A stretch of 45,537 nt of DNA from Octopus bimaculoides (taxonomy: Eukaryota). The notes under the pieces are model-generated. The model had not been told where the DNA came from, ran no database searches, and was given only the letters and a program-made list of their open reading frames with translations. The position numbers were made by a program, and so were the translations under genes. The stretch spans positions 74,372,174-74,417,710 of the forward strand of contig NC_068983.1 of the NCBI RefSeq assembly GCF_001194135.2, in the 5' to 3' direction. Within the stretch, counting starts at the first letter, position 1. Each line of letters opens with the position of its first letter. Below are positions 1 to 11,760 of this stretch, piece after piece.

Positions 1-1150
1 CGTGTTTCTTCTTTCACATTTCTCTTATCAATGCAAATAACTGTAAACGCAATTTCGGGCAATACTTGTAAACCTTGTAGCTCACACCGTCGTTCCCTGG
101 TGAACTTTTTGCTCTTGCTTTTTTTATGAACTCCTCTATTTCTTTCCGTTTGATGTCACTCAAATCGAAAAATACCCTTGGTTCAGGTGGTTTCTTCAGT
201 CCGTGCATTTCTGGGAGTACTTTATTTCTATCAGAGTAGCTGTACGTCTCTTTACGATGTTGTTCGAGCTCTTCTTTCGTGCAATCCAATTTTCCGCTTT
301 TACTTTCAGTAAATAAATGTTTCGCATATTGATAGGGATTGTTCACAAAGCTACGATAGTTCTTTTCTCTCTCCTTTCTTCTGTTCTTCTTTCTTTCTTT
401 TCTCAGTAGTTCTCGATGCCTCTTTTTTATCTCTTCATATAGCTGCTTTAGCCCTTCGCTTTCCTCCTCCTTTGCATCCTTCCATCTGGTTCTGAGTTTT
501 TTCTTCTCTTCTCGAATCTTTGCAATCCGTCTTTCTCTCCTCGATGGTCCGCTCTTTGCCGGTGATTCTACCTTTCCTGTTGTTTCCAGTCCATATCTTT
601 TCTCTCCTTCCTGGTACATTGTATAAGCCAGGTTCTCGAGCTTTTGTTCGTCGTCGCCTTTGAATTTGGTGGTCATTCTTGATACCTCGTTGTCGAATTT
701 TTTATAACTTGCTGCGTCATTTGCTTTCGGCCACTTAATCTTTGTCTTCTTCACGCCTATCACTGTTTGTGACTGTTCTAATTCAACTGTGGAATGTCCC
801 TCGCTGTGGTTATTTTCCCGGAGGTTCTGGCCACACGTCTTACAGTTCATCAACCCGCGCTGTTGAATTACTTTCTTCTGACATACCTTCCCTTGGTGGA
901 TTCTGAGCCCGATGTAACTAGCAAACACCTTTCCGCAGCAGCTGAATTCCTCGTCTACCAATCCTTTACCGCATCCTTTCTCATTATCCATTTCCGGTCC
1001 AAGTCTGTTTCGTTTTTTTCCGTCCCTATTTGATCCTTTATTCTGCCCCTGTGGTCCGGGATCATGGGGGCATGATTTCCCATGCTTTTTCGTTGCAATT
1101 TTACCCCGGATCGGGCTGCAAGCCCATTGATCCTTCGTTAACCTTACTTT
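1..1150 (-). mobile_element. 5' part of an RLE-type non-LTR retrotransposon, probably Hero clade; continues beyond the window start
   Basis: ORF 991->14 has an N-terminal C-x-C-G-K...GLRIHQGKVC zinc finger, a K/R/E-rich coiled region, F..NPYQYAK and KARAKSSPGNDGVSYKVYKYCPKL (start of RT domain 0). It stops at TGA (14-16) where Trp is expected, so it is probably a nonsense mutation. Clade call is from motif recall. Confidence 0.8.
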
Positions 1151-1259
1151 TAATGCGGATAGTGTCTCGCAATGATTTCATCTGTACATTTTCTAGTGCT
1201 TTCCTTTATCAATCTCAAATACCTGGTATTTTCTATTAGATAGTGACAAATTTTTATCA

Positions 1260-1460
1260 CTTTTATAAAGCTGGAGATTAAAAGAATGGAAATTAATCTT
1301 GATGTTTATTATTTTGTCAATGAAGAGAGTTAAGCATATTAGCATGTATCAATGCTGCATTGCAGATCGCCTTCTATTTTCTGTGAAGAATTTTATCATT
1401 AACGTCCGTTCTACTCAAATGTATTTTTTTCTTGGATTTCAACAAATAATAATTTCCATT
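1260..1460 (-). mobile_element. Highly decayed Penelope-like RT/thumb fragment
   Basis: Nucleotide-similar to 3904-4100 (ggaaattaa...gtttattat.ttgtcaatgaaga...ttagcatgtatc). No intact ORF. Confidence 0.35.
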
Positions 1461-1919
1461 TCAATATTATGCTTACAGCCAAAGATCAGTCCTCTCTATG
1501 ATGTAAATGGTTGATTTTTTATATTCCTTTATATCGGCATACAATGACGTAAATGTAATCTTCTTCCATTCTGTTGGGCGCAATCAAAATCTCATTCATT
1601 TAACTTTCAAGTGGCATATATTTTACGAACGAAACAACCCATACCACATATAAAATACAACTTAAAAATACAACTTAGAAAATACACCACACATAAAATA
1701 CGACTTAAGCTTTCTATTTCTACATATAAATAGATAGAATTAATGATGGGCCCTCTTCGTGATTGACTGATGTACTAGAAATAACAGCAGAATTTATTTT
1801 AACATTACTCTGTAGTTTTCAAAAATGATTAACACATTGGATAATGCAAGTTTATTATATCTTATCCTTATGGCTTGAGTAGCTACAAACATGTCTTCTT
1901 ATATTTAATCTGAGCTAAA

Positions 1920-2569
1920 CACAAGAATATATATATAATAATGGTATAGCAATGCACCTATATTTGCTGGAAATAGCAGTCCATTATATACGATGCTATA
2001 GTAAAGCTTCACTGTATATACACTAGCAAAGATGTTTGCGGGCGGGGGAACATAAAAAATTTCATCTTACTTGTAGGAAGAACATTAAATAGATGTACAA
2101 CCCAGAGGTGGATAATCTAAGACGTAGCTTTCGAACTCTCCAAAATACGATTGTTAACGTAAATTTGATTAGTTCACTTCTGCTAGATTTACCGAGACAA
2201 AATTTTGAATGTTGCTACTTCAGTGCTAGTATACTCGCCTGAACGCCTAAGCCGTTAACAAAACCGAGATCAGTGAAAAACGTTTCAAAGAAAAAAGTAT
2301 TAAATAGTGCAATACAAAAGTATTGCTATCCAGTAAAACAAAGCACCATAAGATTAAAGTATAAATATAGAATAGTGGTACAACAGTGCAGTAATATTTA
2401 CTGGAAATAGTAGTCGATAATATACGACGCTTTAGTAAAGCTTCACTGTATATATACTGGCAAAGATGTTTGCGGTTGGCGAATATGAAAAAAATTCATC
2501 TTATCTGTTAGATAAATGTACAACCCAGATGGGGATAATATAAGACCTAGGTTTCGAACTCTCTAAAAT
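1920..2569 (-). repeat. Two diverged direct repeats (~1920-2145 and ~2340-2569, offset ~423 bp) carrying hammerhead remnants; PLE pLTR or retrozyme-like
   Basis: Both copies share ctggaaatag.agtc...agtaaagcttcactgtatata.act.gcaaagatgtttgcgg...gtacaacccaga...taagac.tag.tttcgaactctc.aaaat. Confidence 0.8.
2114..2189 (-). ncRNA. Decayed type I hammerhead ribozyme
   Basis: Minus strand reads AAUCUAG-CAGAAGU-GAACU..long stem..AGUUC-GAAA-GCUAC-GUC-UUAGAUU. Stem I (7 bp) and stem II close correctly and the GUC triplet is present. The core differs from CUGAAGA at 2 positions. Confidence 0.6.
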
Positions 2570-2589
2570 GTGTGTGTGTATGAATATAC

Positions 2590-2620
<31 letters not shown>

Positions 2621-2659
2621 TGCATATACATACAAACACACATACACAATATATTCGAT

Positions 2660-2906
2660 ATACAAATGAATTCGATATATAAATGGGCCGAAGTAAACAA
2701 CATGCAGTTTAATGCTGGAAACTGTCAAGCACTGCACTATCAACTCACGAATTTACTGCATATACAGGACCCGAAAACACTGCAGTTCCAGAAACACAGG
2801 CAGTGAAACACTTGGGGATTTGTATGTGGATATACCATTTCATATGCATATTACCAAGATGGGAGAAAAGTGCCGACAACTGGCAGGATGGATACTAAGG
2901 TCCTTC
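2660..2906 (+). mobile_element. CR1/L2-group LINE RT C-terminal fragment
   Basis: Frameshifted SIYKWAEVNNMQFNAGNCQALHY...VKHLGIL...HMHITKMGEKCRQLAGWILRSF, typical post-YADD region. Confidence 0.75.
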
Positions 2907-3199
2907 AATATATATATATATATATATATATATANNNNNNNNNNNNNNNNNNNNNNNNNNNNNNNNNNNNNNNNNNNNNNNNNNNNNNNNNNNNNNNNNN
3001 NNNNNNNNNNNNNNNNNNNNNNNNNNNNNNNNNNNNNNNNNNNNNNNNNNNNNNNNNNNNNNNNNNNNNNNNNNNNNNNNNNNNNNNNNNNNNNNNNNNN
3101 NNNNNNNNNNNNNNNNNNNNNNNNNNNNNNNNNNNNNNNNNNNNNNNNNNNNNNNNNNNNNNNNNNNNNNNNNNNTATATATATATATATATATATGCA

Positions 3200-3424
3200 A
3201 CTGTGTGTGGCTTTGTGTCAGTGATTGTCCCCATCCCCACCCCCGATACTGATGTGTTCACGTCCCTGTAACCTAGCGGTTCGGCAAAAAGAGACCGATA
3301 GAATAAGTACTAGGCTTACAAAGAATAAGTCATGGGGTCGATTTTCTCGACTAAAGGCGGTTCTCCAGCATGGCCGCAGTCAAAATGACTGAAACAAGTA
3401 AAACAGTAAAAGAGTAAAAGAGAG
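3200..3424 (+). mobile_element. SINE 3' half (octopus-type tRNA-derived family)
   Basis: agcggttcggcaaaaagagaccgatagaataagtactaggcttacaaagaataag...ccagcatggccgcagtc..tgactgaaacaagtaaaa with (AAAAGAGT)n tail. Same family as 4211-4636. Confidence 0.85.
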
Positions 3425-3717
3425 AGATATAAAACGTCCTCAGGAAATACAGACAATACTACTTCAATATTCATAGATTTATTGTTTTTGCTTGCATCTC
3501 TGTTTAGCGCTGCAAAAACGCAGATTGACTCTCCGGCTCTAAACAATAACAAGAACAGTAAAAACAGCAACAGCACACACACATACACACACACAAACAC
3601 ACACAGACATGTACACAAACAAGAAAAAACTAGATAAAAGGATGTAAAAAATCTAGACGTATATCTGTATATAAAGAAAAGTTACCGTCATTATTTCTTA
3701 CAAACCTATCATTACTA

Positions 3718-3750
<33 letters not shown>

Positions 3751-3899
3751 CACACACACACAGAAACACACACGTACACACACACAACAGAGCCACGACA
3801 CATACACAGACATACACACACATACACACACATAATGTTTCTTTCGAAGTCTGGCGTTTTATAAATGATATGATGCATTCAGTTCGTGGTAGAATTTAT

Positions 3900-4110
3900 C
3901 ACACTAGAGATTAGAAGAAAGGAAATTAAGTCGGTTGTTTATTATGTTGTCAATGAAGAAATTGTTGAACGTGTTAGCATGTATCGGTGGTATACTGGAG
4001 ATTACTTTACCTTCATCTATTAACAATTTTATTACAAATTCAACATACGTTTCCATGAACTTCAAAAAACTGATACTTGAGTTTGAATTTACGCTGACGT
4101 TCAAAGATTA
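3900..4110 (-). mobile_element. Decayed Penelope-like RT/thumb fragment
   Basis: Translation ...SISFLKF...IPPIHANTFNNFFIDNIINNRLNFLSSN resembles the PLE thumb (HP...I..RL..LSSN). Confidence 0.45.
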
Positions 4111-4210
4111 GAATCATCTTTAATGTGCAATACCTCTTTATACATATATAAGACCAAGTTGTATATAGAGTAAACCATTTTAAATGATGACAATTGGTTT
4201 TTAATTTCTC

Positions 4211-4636
4211 TATTTTACTCTCTTTTACTTGTTTCAGTCATGTGACTGCGGCCATACTGGAGCACCACCTTTAGTCGAGCAAATCGACCCCGGGACTTAT
4301 TCTTTGTAAGCCTAGTACTTATTCTATCGGTCTCTTTTGCCGAACCGCTAAGTGACGGGGACATAAACACACCAGCATCGGTTGTCAAGCAATGCTAGGG
4401 GGACAAACACAGACACACAAACACATACACACAAACACATACACACACACATATATATATATATACATATATACGACGGGCTTCTTTCAGTTTCCGTCTA
4501 CCAAATCCACTCACAAGGCTTTGGTCAGCCCGAGGCTATAGTAGAAGACAATTGCCCAAGATGCCACGCAGTGGGACTGAACCCGGAACTATGTGGTTGG
4601 TAAGCAAGCTACTTACCACACAGCCACTCCTGCACC
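4211..4636 (-). mobile_element. Full-length tRNA-derived SINE with internal (TA)/(TG) tract
   Basis: Minus-strand head ggtgcaggagTGGCTGTGTGGtaag (A box)...GGTTCAGTCCC (B box), conserved body, tail gaaacaagtaaaagagagtaaaa. Confidence 0.9.
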
Positions 4637-4739
4637 TATGTTCAATAAAATATGATGTATTAGCCTAAATATTTATTTAAAATATAATAAATTATTGCAA
4701 ACATTAATTAATCTCATTTGATTCTTATAAAAATGCTCA

Positions 4740-5080
4740 AATCGATTCAGGCATAGAAATAGGATATTCTGCACACTGCATTTTGTTTAGGCCAAAGAGA
4801 GGGTGGCACTTTTCCTCTATGCGGTCATCGTAGCTAAAGAGATTGCATGGTAGAACTCTTTGGAAGCCTTGAGAACATAACTTGATCACTCCAACCTTAT
4901 CTTCATTAACTTCTTCAAGTTCTACATGAAACAGATAGCATGAATTTGAACCTAAGTGCTGCTCTCGAGAAAATTTGATGGATGGATGCAACTAGTAAAA
5001 CTAGTAAGCGTAAGAAGAAGGCAACATCTTGAAATTTACCTGGAAATTCCAGTCGAAATGGATAAGCCATTGGCTAAATC
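4740..5080 (-). mobile_element. Decayed Penelope-like RT fragment
   Basis: LHPSIKFSREQ resembles the PLE RT HPSIKFTxE motif; the rest is degenerate. Confidence 0.35.
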
Positions 5081-5329
5081 TAAGCCTCTGTGTGTACTTT
5101 TCTGTTTTCTATTCTGGAATAAATTCAATGTTTCTATGTTGGCCGCAGTTCAATGACAAAAACCTGTGAGAGAATAAAAAAAGGATAAAAGTATATATAT
5201 TTATACATATATACATATATATTTCTTTTCATTTATATATTTCAGTTCAAAGGCTGTGGCCATGCTAGAGCCCCACCAGTGTCATCCCCCTTTCAGTGGC
5301 CATGCTTATGCATTTAACTTTTAGTGAAG

Positions 5330-5563
5330 AAGGGAGTTCAACACAGCTACCTTCTTTTGAGTTTCTTGCCGTAATATAGGCTAATCTAGAACCTTGAACA
5401 GCAGGAGATCAAGTTGTTTCTTGAAAACATCGATCCATACTCCATAAAATCCCTCAGATATTTTGACCAGGCAGTAAACAGCTGTGGGCCGTTGAATCCC
5501 AAGCTATTGCAGTACATAGTCCTCACTCTAGACGGAATAGCTGGGACTTTTAGAATAGTGCAG
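5330..5563 (-). mobile_element. CR1/L2-group LINE ORF2 3' end
   Basis: Across frames: RTMYCNSLGFNGPQLF...LRDF/YGVWIDVFKKQLDLLL, matching the GPxLFNxLP..LR..FKxxLD tail. Confidence 0.7.
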
Positions 5564-6234
5564 NNNNNNNNNNNNNNNNNNNNNNNNNNNNNNNNNNNNN
5601 NNNNNNNNNNNNNNNNNNNNNNNNNNNNNNNNNNNNNNNNNNNNNNNNNNNNNNNNNNNNNNNNNNNNNNNNNNNNNNNNNNNNNNNNNNNNNNNNNNNN
5701 NNNNNNNNNNNNNNNNNNNNNNNNNNNNNNNNNNNNNNNNNNNNNNNNNNNNNNNNNNNNNNNNNNNNNNNNNNNNNNNNNNNNNNNNNNNNNNNNNNNN
5801 NNNNNNNNNNNNNNNNNNNNNNNNNNNNNNNNNNNNNNNNNNNNNNNNNNNNNNNNNNNNNNNNNNNNNNNNNNNNNNNNNNNNNNNNNNNNNNNNNNNN
5901 NNNNNNNNNNNNNNNNNNNNNNNNNNNNNNNNNNNNNNNNNNNNNNNNNNNNNNNNNNNNNNNNNNNNNNNNNNNNNNNNNNNNNNNNNNNNNNNNNNNN
6001 NNNNNNNNNNNNNNNNNNNNNNNNNNNNNNNNNNNNNNNNNNNNNNNNNNNNNNNNNNNNNNNNNNNNNNNNNNNNNNNNNNNNNNNNNNNNNNNNNNNN
6101 NNNNNNNNNNNNNNNNNNNNNNNNNNNNNNNNNNNNNNNNNNNNNNNNNNNNNNNNNNNNNNNNNNNNNNNNNNNNNNNNNNNNNNNNNNNNNNNNNNNN
6201 NNNNNNNNNNNNNNNNNNNNNNNNNNNNNNNNNN

Positions 6235-6416
6235 AGAGTGAGAGAAAGTTGTGGTGAAAGAGTACAGCAGGGTTCGCCACCATCCCCTGCCGGAGCCTCG
6301 TGGAGCTTTAGGTGTTTTCGCCCAATAAACACTCACAACGCCCGGTCTGAGAATCGAAACCGCGATCCTATGACCGCGAGTCCGCTACCCTAACCACTGA
6401 GCCATTGCGCCTCCAC
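6235..6416 (-). mobile_element. tRNA-derived SINE (second family)
   Basis: Minus-strand ggaggcgcaaTGGCTCAGTGGttaggg (A box)...GGTTTCGATTC (B box), followed by a non-tRNA body. Confidence 0.85.
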
Positions 6417-6989
6417 TATAGTCAAATAGATAGTCGGTAAAAGAGGGATATCACCATGAGATGTGGCATTGAACAGAGCTCTCACTTCGAACGAAATTTT
6501 ATTGGATTACTTGATGAAAAAGTCTGCTTCTTTCTTTTCCGTTTGTTGTGAGTCGCTATCAGGACATGCAATTTTTGTCTGTCCACTCTATTATCGAGTA
6601 GAAAAGTGCGTTAAGATACATTTTTAGTTTATTTTTTAGCACTTTTATCTGACAACTGAGAATTCGTAATTTCAGTTGCTGGCGTCAGTTGTAATGTTAT
6701 AGAGATTATATGCATAAAAGAGATAGTAGCTTCGATATATAGGAACTAAAAAAAAAAAAAAAATAGAAAACAAAAGTATTTCTCTTTCTCGCAAAAAGAA
6801 AATGTTAAACGAAAGACAAAAATGATAAGGCAGGAGAAAAAGAAATGAGAAAAAATGTCAACAAGGTTATTGGAGTAGCCAAAATAAAAAAAAAACTAAC
6901 AACGATAGTAATAATTTGAAATATTTGATGAATATGAACACACATACACAAATAGTAGGGACAACGGTAATAGAGCTGCTGACGTTAAC

Positions 6990-7000
6990 AGTAGTAGTGT

Positions 7001-7045
<45 letters not shown>

Positions 7046-7050
7046 CAGTA
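6990..7050. repeat. (TAG)n microsatellite
   Basis: Direct read. Confidence 0.95.
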
Positions 7051-7712
7051 GCGATAAATTCGATAACAACGGCAAAGATATAAAGAATAAATCTTTTGTT
7101 TAACAAATGTAAGGTGTTAGGCACTACCCAGCCGCCTGGAAAAGAAAGACTTCGGAGTAGCATTGTCACAAAACCAAGGGCATCTCTCCTCGAGTACTCA
7201 GTTCACACGACGGTAATAAGGAAGTGGACGGAACTCTGCTTTGCAAAAATAAAGCGACCTTCCATATATTCTCGAAAGATGAGTTAACAGGAACGCTGAC
7301 AGAGATGTGGAAGGATGTGAACACTCTCACTCGGTACAGCATGTAAGGAAGTATATGTCTAGTATTAAAAATTCAGAATCAGGTGAGAATATAGTCGGAG
7401 TTCGCGTGGTAGATGTTTGTCCATAGATTGTTGCTCTGGTATATGGGATATACACAGACAAGATGCACGTAGTGATGCGGAATCCATGGTTTACTTAACT
7501 TTTTTAATGCATTACTTGCATACTGTAAGTACGGATGTAATTCACAACAACACCTAGGTGTGAGGTTTCTGCATACATTCCGGCAACTGATGATTATTAA
7601 TAGCCATCAAGCTGACTTAAGAGAAATCAAACTCATAACAACAGTTACGGATTTAGAGAAAGGAGAAACTGAAAGGTCTTCCTCAGCAGAGAGTCAGCTA
7701 GGAGCTTCAAAT

Positions 7713-8196
7713 TAGGTTCGTGCCGTCAGTAATTACTCAGGGTAGGCAGTTGGTAACCTTTATGTAGTAAAACATACAAAAGATAACCGAAACAGACGCA
7801 CGANNNNNNNNNNTACTCAGGGTAGGCAGTTGGTAACCTTTATGTAGTAAAACATACAAAAGATAACCGAAACAGACGCACGACTGAGCTAAAGGCAGAC
7901 TTACTTCTGCCTTTACAGCACGTAAAGAAAACCGTGTTGTAGGAGAGTACGCAGCACGTGTACTGCAGCAGTATTATGCGAAGCTTAAACACTGAGATTG
8001 AAAAGCAGGGGCAAAATATGTCTACCTAACGTACAAAAAATAGAATATTTTGCATTTTACGCATAGCAATCAGAGTAACCTTCATAATTTTATTGAGTTA
8101 CGTACATATTTTGCCATAAAAGGAAAATGTTGCTATCGATCTATTTTATTCAAGGTAGGCAGTGCCTACCTTGCCTACCTAGGTGGCACGTCCCTG
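7713..8196. mobile_element. Non-autonomous hAT element (MITE)
   Basis: Perfect 8-bp TSD CTTCAAAT at 7705-7712 and 8197-8204. Imperfect TIRs TAGGTTCGTGCC / CAGGGACGTGCC with subterminal GGTAGGCA motifs. Includes a 70-bp gap-flanking duplication. Confidence 0.85.
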
Positions 8197-8848
8197 CTTC
8201 AAATAATGTTACTAAATCATCGCTTTTCGACTGTTGGGAGTTAATTAAACTTAGAGACAGTTGAAGGCTCATAGGGGCCGAGAGAAAGAATAGACATTGA
8301 CAGAATCCCTCAGCTGAAAGACAGATATTGAAACCTCTCCATAAAAGATGGCTTGCCCATTCTCACGACCACAAACTTACGGTTGTCCGAAATGGGAAAA
8401 GGGCATGAATATTGATGGAAATGCTGAAAATGTTAGAACTATAAAAAAATAACACTACGCTGGTTGTTTTTATCATGGGTTTAAACAAAAAGTCTGTTGT
8501 AGAAACCAGAAACAAAAACACGTGTATCATTATTTAAGCACAGAACAAGTGACCTTGTGTTTTCTCAAGACTTCAAGACTGTAGATGGAAGCATTGATCT
8601 TGCCATACGGTGCTAAAGAGCTATATTATGTCAAAGTTAGTAGTTATAATGTAAACGGAATATCTAATATATATATATATATATANNNNNNNNNNNNNNN
8701 NNNNNNNNNNNNNNNNNNNNNNNNNNNNNNNNNNNNNNNNNNNNNNNNNNNNNNNNNNNNNNNNNNNNNNNNNNNNNNNNNNNNNNNNNNNNNNNNNNNN
8801 NNNNNNNNTATATATAAATATATATATATATATATATACATATATATT

Positions 8849-8899
<51 letters not shown>

Positions 8900-9996
8900 A
8901 TGTCTTTTTAAAGACAGCATGTGTATTTTCAAATTTTTCATTTACTTGATCAGTTAGACAATTTCTTGATTTTTAAGAGTAGTGTAAGACCAAAGGACTT
9001 GGAGTTATACCTCATTTGTCTCGACTCTGAGTGGAGTTTAAAAACTTAGACTTTTTTATTGAGAGATTACGAACAATCTTGATGAAAGTGCAACATCAAC
9101 TGCCCCGAATTCCTATTAGAAAGTTGAAAACGCAACATGGACAACAGCATCATGTTTTGGATAATCAGTATTGACGTACCTAACATAGAAATCTATACAA
9201 TTCAAGGAACAATATCTGTGAAAATCACCCACTACAAACACAATGCCAAAAGTTAAGATATGTAGTTGCCCTAACTGCGGAATCTGAATAAATTTTACAG
9301 AAGATATATCGCATAAACTAAAATCAAATTATATATTTATTGTAAAAATATCACTTAATGTGTTTATTAAAAGGCTTGATTTATGTTATTAAATATAATG
9401 GCTGCAAGGAAGACTTCACTGGACAAAGAATCTTACTTTGAGAAATAATCTCAAAAATATGAGATACTAATACCAGACAGATTTCGCTGTCGAATTACGT
9501 GCTAAGAATAAATCACCAAATTTCTATTCTACCTACTTTACCTTTGTTATGACATAACCACAGAGAAAATATAGACAAATTAATAAAATATGTTTATTAA
9601 AATTACAAAGCAGGACTGAATAAGCTACATCAATATATGGGACAGACATTAATCTATTCTTCATATTCTTACACACAAACACATAGGCAATCATATACAC
9701 AAATATGTAAGCTATTTCTTATTCTTAACTATTCTGACAACTTATATTTTGTTTTATCACATTACAGATGCATTGAATTTAACTGAGACTTGGAATTTTG
9801 CTGTAGTTGTGGTCCATGTTGTCATAGTGACCTAATACGCACAGAACGCGCATTTTTATACAGGCTAAAACAAGAAACATTACAAGCGTATTACATTCGA
9901 AAATTTTGCGCAGCGATCATACTAACTGCCACATGATGCATAAAAAGGAGCAAACTTTCAAACGCTGAGCAAAGTGTAGTGAAATGCGGCGAAAAG

Positions 9997-10038
<42 letters not shown>

Positions 10039-10269
10039 GAGTGTATATATATATACGCTTATGAATTAGTTTTGCAAGATTCCTGATCTGAAATCGTGTG
10101 TTAAAACATATATTGTTATATTTCAGATGGTGATTTTTTTCTTGCCAAATAAACACACACACTGTATATTTGTTCTTCTCTTTGAGCTCCTGCTAGTTTT
10201 CGCCTACCCTCTCCCTAAAGTTACGTGCCCAATCCCCAATGTAAGTTGTTGTCTAGTTTCTACACCGTC

Positions 10270-10490
10270 TCACAGTAGACTGTAAGCTATAGACAGTGCT
10301 TTACCAAGATGCTCAATCAGAACATAGGGGCTCGGTTAATAACATAAAGGTTAAGGTATTATCAACGCATAGAACAGGCACGGCACTTAGACTACAGAAG
10401 CCACACTCTGTAATAGACAGACCAAACCCCAACAGAAAACACGAATGGAACAATAAGAGGGATGAAGAGTGGGAATTTGAGTTTGATTGA
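10270..10490 (+). mobile_element. Penelope-like GIY-YIG C-terminal remnant
   Basis: SEHRGSVNNIKVKVLSTHR...PNPNRKHEWN resembles H..H.G...F.VKIL...LN.K.EW. Confidence 0.45.
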
Positions 10491-11019
10491 AGCTGACTTA
10501 GGAAAGGTGATTGTGAATATTAAGCTGGGGTCATTTATTATATCAACGGTAAATAGATAAATAAAATGTCACACCTAAGTATATACATATAAACAGAATC
10601 AAAGAAAAGAAAAGAGAAGAATTTTTAGAAGTAAAATTGTCGAAACAAAAGGAAGAGAATATTTAGGAGAGGGAATAAAGTGGATTTGTTAGAAGAAAGG
10701 AAAAAGGGCAATAAAGTCATTATTCATTAGGGGTACATAGTAGTTCGAAGTAAATTTGTGGCATACCACTTAAATGTGAAACTATATATTCGCATATCCG
10801 TGCGTATCCACGTATTTTCTCTGTGTGCCTGTAGTATCCTATAGGTGTGCACGCGCGCGTACGTGCCTGCATATTCTCATGTGCAGAGAGAAAGTTATAG
10901 GGAGCTCACGAGGTTAAGAAAATATAAAGTTAGCTAAAGAAATTGTATGACATAGATATATAGAGGGTGTGGAGGAATAGTTATGAAATAATTGGGAAGA
11001 GCGCTATTATTTGTACCTT

Positions 11020-11760
11020 GAGAATGTGTTACATAACCTATGTTTGCAATTAAGAATTCGGTGGTTCCTTTCATTCAGACAATCGTTGCATTGCATAATA
11101 GATAAGACTTCTGCGATGCAGAGGGCGTATTTATTGTTATAACCCTTATACGGTTTGGTTTGTGTAAGAATGGACCATTTTAACTTGCAGAGAACAGAGG
11201 TTTTTTATAGGTTATGAATGAGACGAGATAAAAAAAAGTGCTGTTAGATCTCGCTTGAGATTTAAAGCTAGAATAGTGGTTGCCAACTATGACCTTGGAG
11301 GTGATGCTGCATGTTTGGATTTTTCCTTTGATACCGGATATTTATATACAATACTTTTGCGAGGCGTCTATTATCTAAGGGACAGGATGTAGGGCATCTA
11401 CATCTGCATAGGATTCTAGAAGCTTCTAAAATGGATTTTACGGGGTTATGATTATTTGGGTTTAACATAGTGTTATACGTATTATCCGCAGCGGTGTTAG
11501 GATTAGTATTTGTTAGGATGGTGAGGGAATCGTCCGGGGGTTTTAGCTTATACTAGTTCTTGTGTCTAATGATATTAGTCCTATCATTGCCTATTTCAGT
11601 GGTGGGTATAGCCGGATCACTAGGTTGCTTAAGGGTATTGAGTGGAGTGTTAGGATTAATATTAGTGGTGTGGGGGTCGGTATGGGTTAGGACGTTTAAG
11701 GATGTCCTAGCGTTAGGGGCAGGGGGCTGGGGTTAGGGTAAGTTGTGTTAGTATGATTAA
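11020..11760 (-). mobile_element. Penelope-like (Neptune-type) linker plus GIY-YIG remnant
   Basis: Pro/Asn-rich linker, RILCRCRCPTSCPLDNRRLAKVLY, then WSILTQTKPYKGYNNKYALCIAEVLSIMQCNDCLNERNHRILNCKH. Confidence 0.75.

Noticed and set aside
1112-1125. GGGCTGCAAGCCC as a twister ribozyme P4/L4
   Set aside because: It is antisense to the element and has no matching upstream UAACNC or downstream pseudoknot partners.
1640-1710. Short aaaatacaactta-type tandem units as a CRISPR-like array
   Set aside because: No spacers or cas genes; ordinary eukaryotic minisatellite.
4560-6416. tRNA-like A/B boxes as tRNA genes
   Set aside because: They run into SINE bodies, lack a full cloverleaf and recur as dispersed diverged copies.
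11490-11740. Cluster of TTAGG telomere-like motifs
   Set aside because: Not tandem; explained by Pro-Asn codons (CCTAAC) of the PLE linker on the minus strand.
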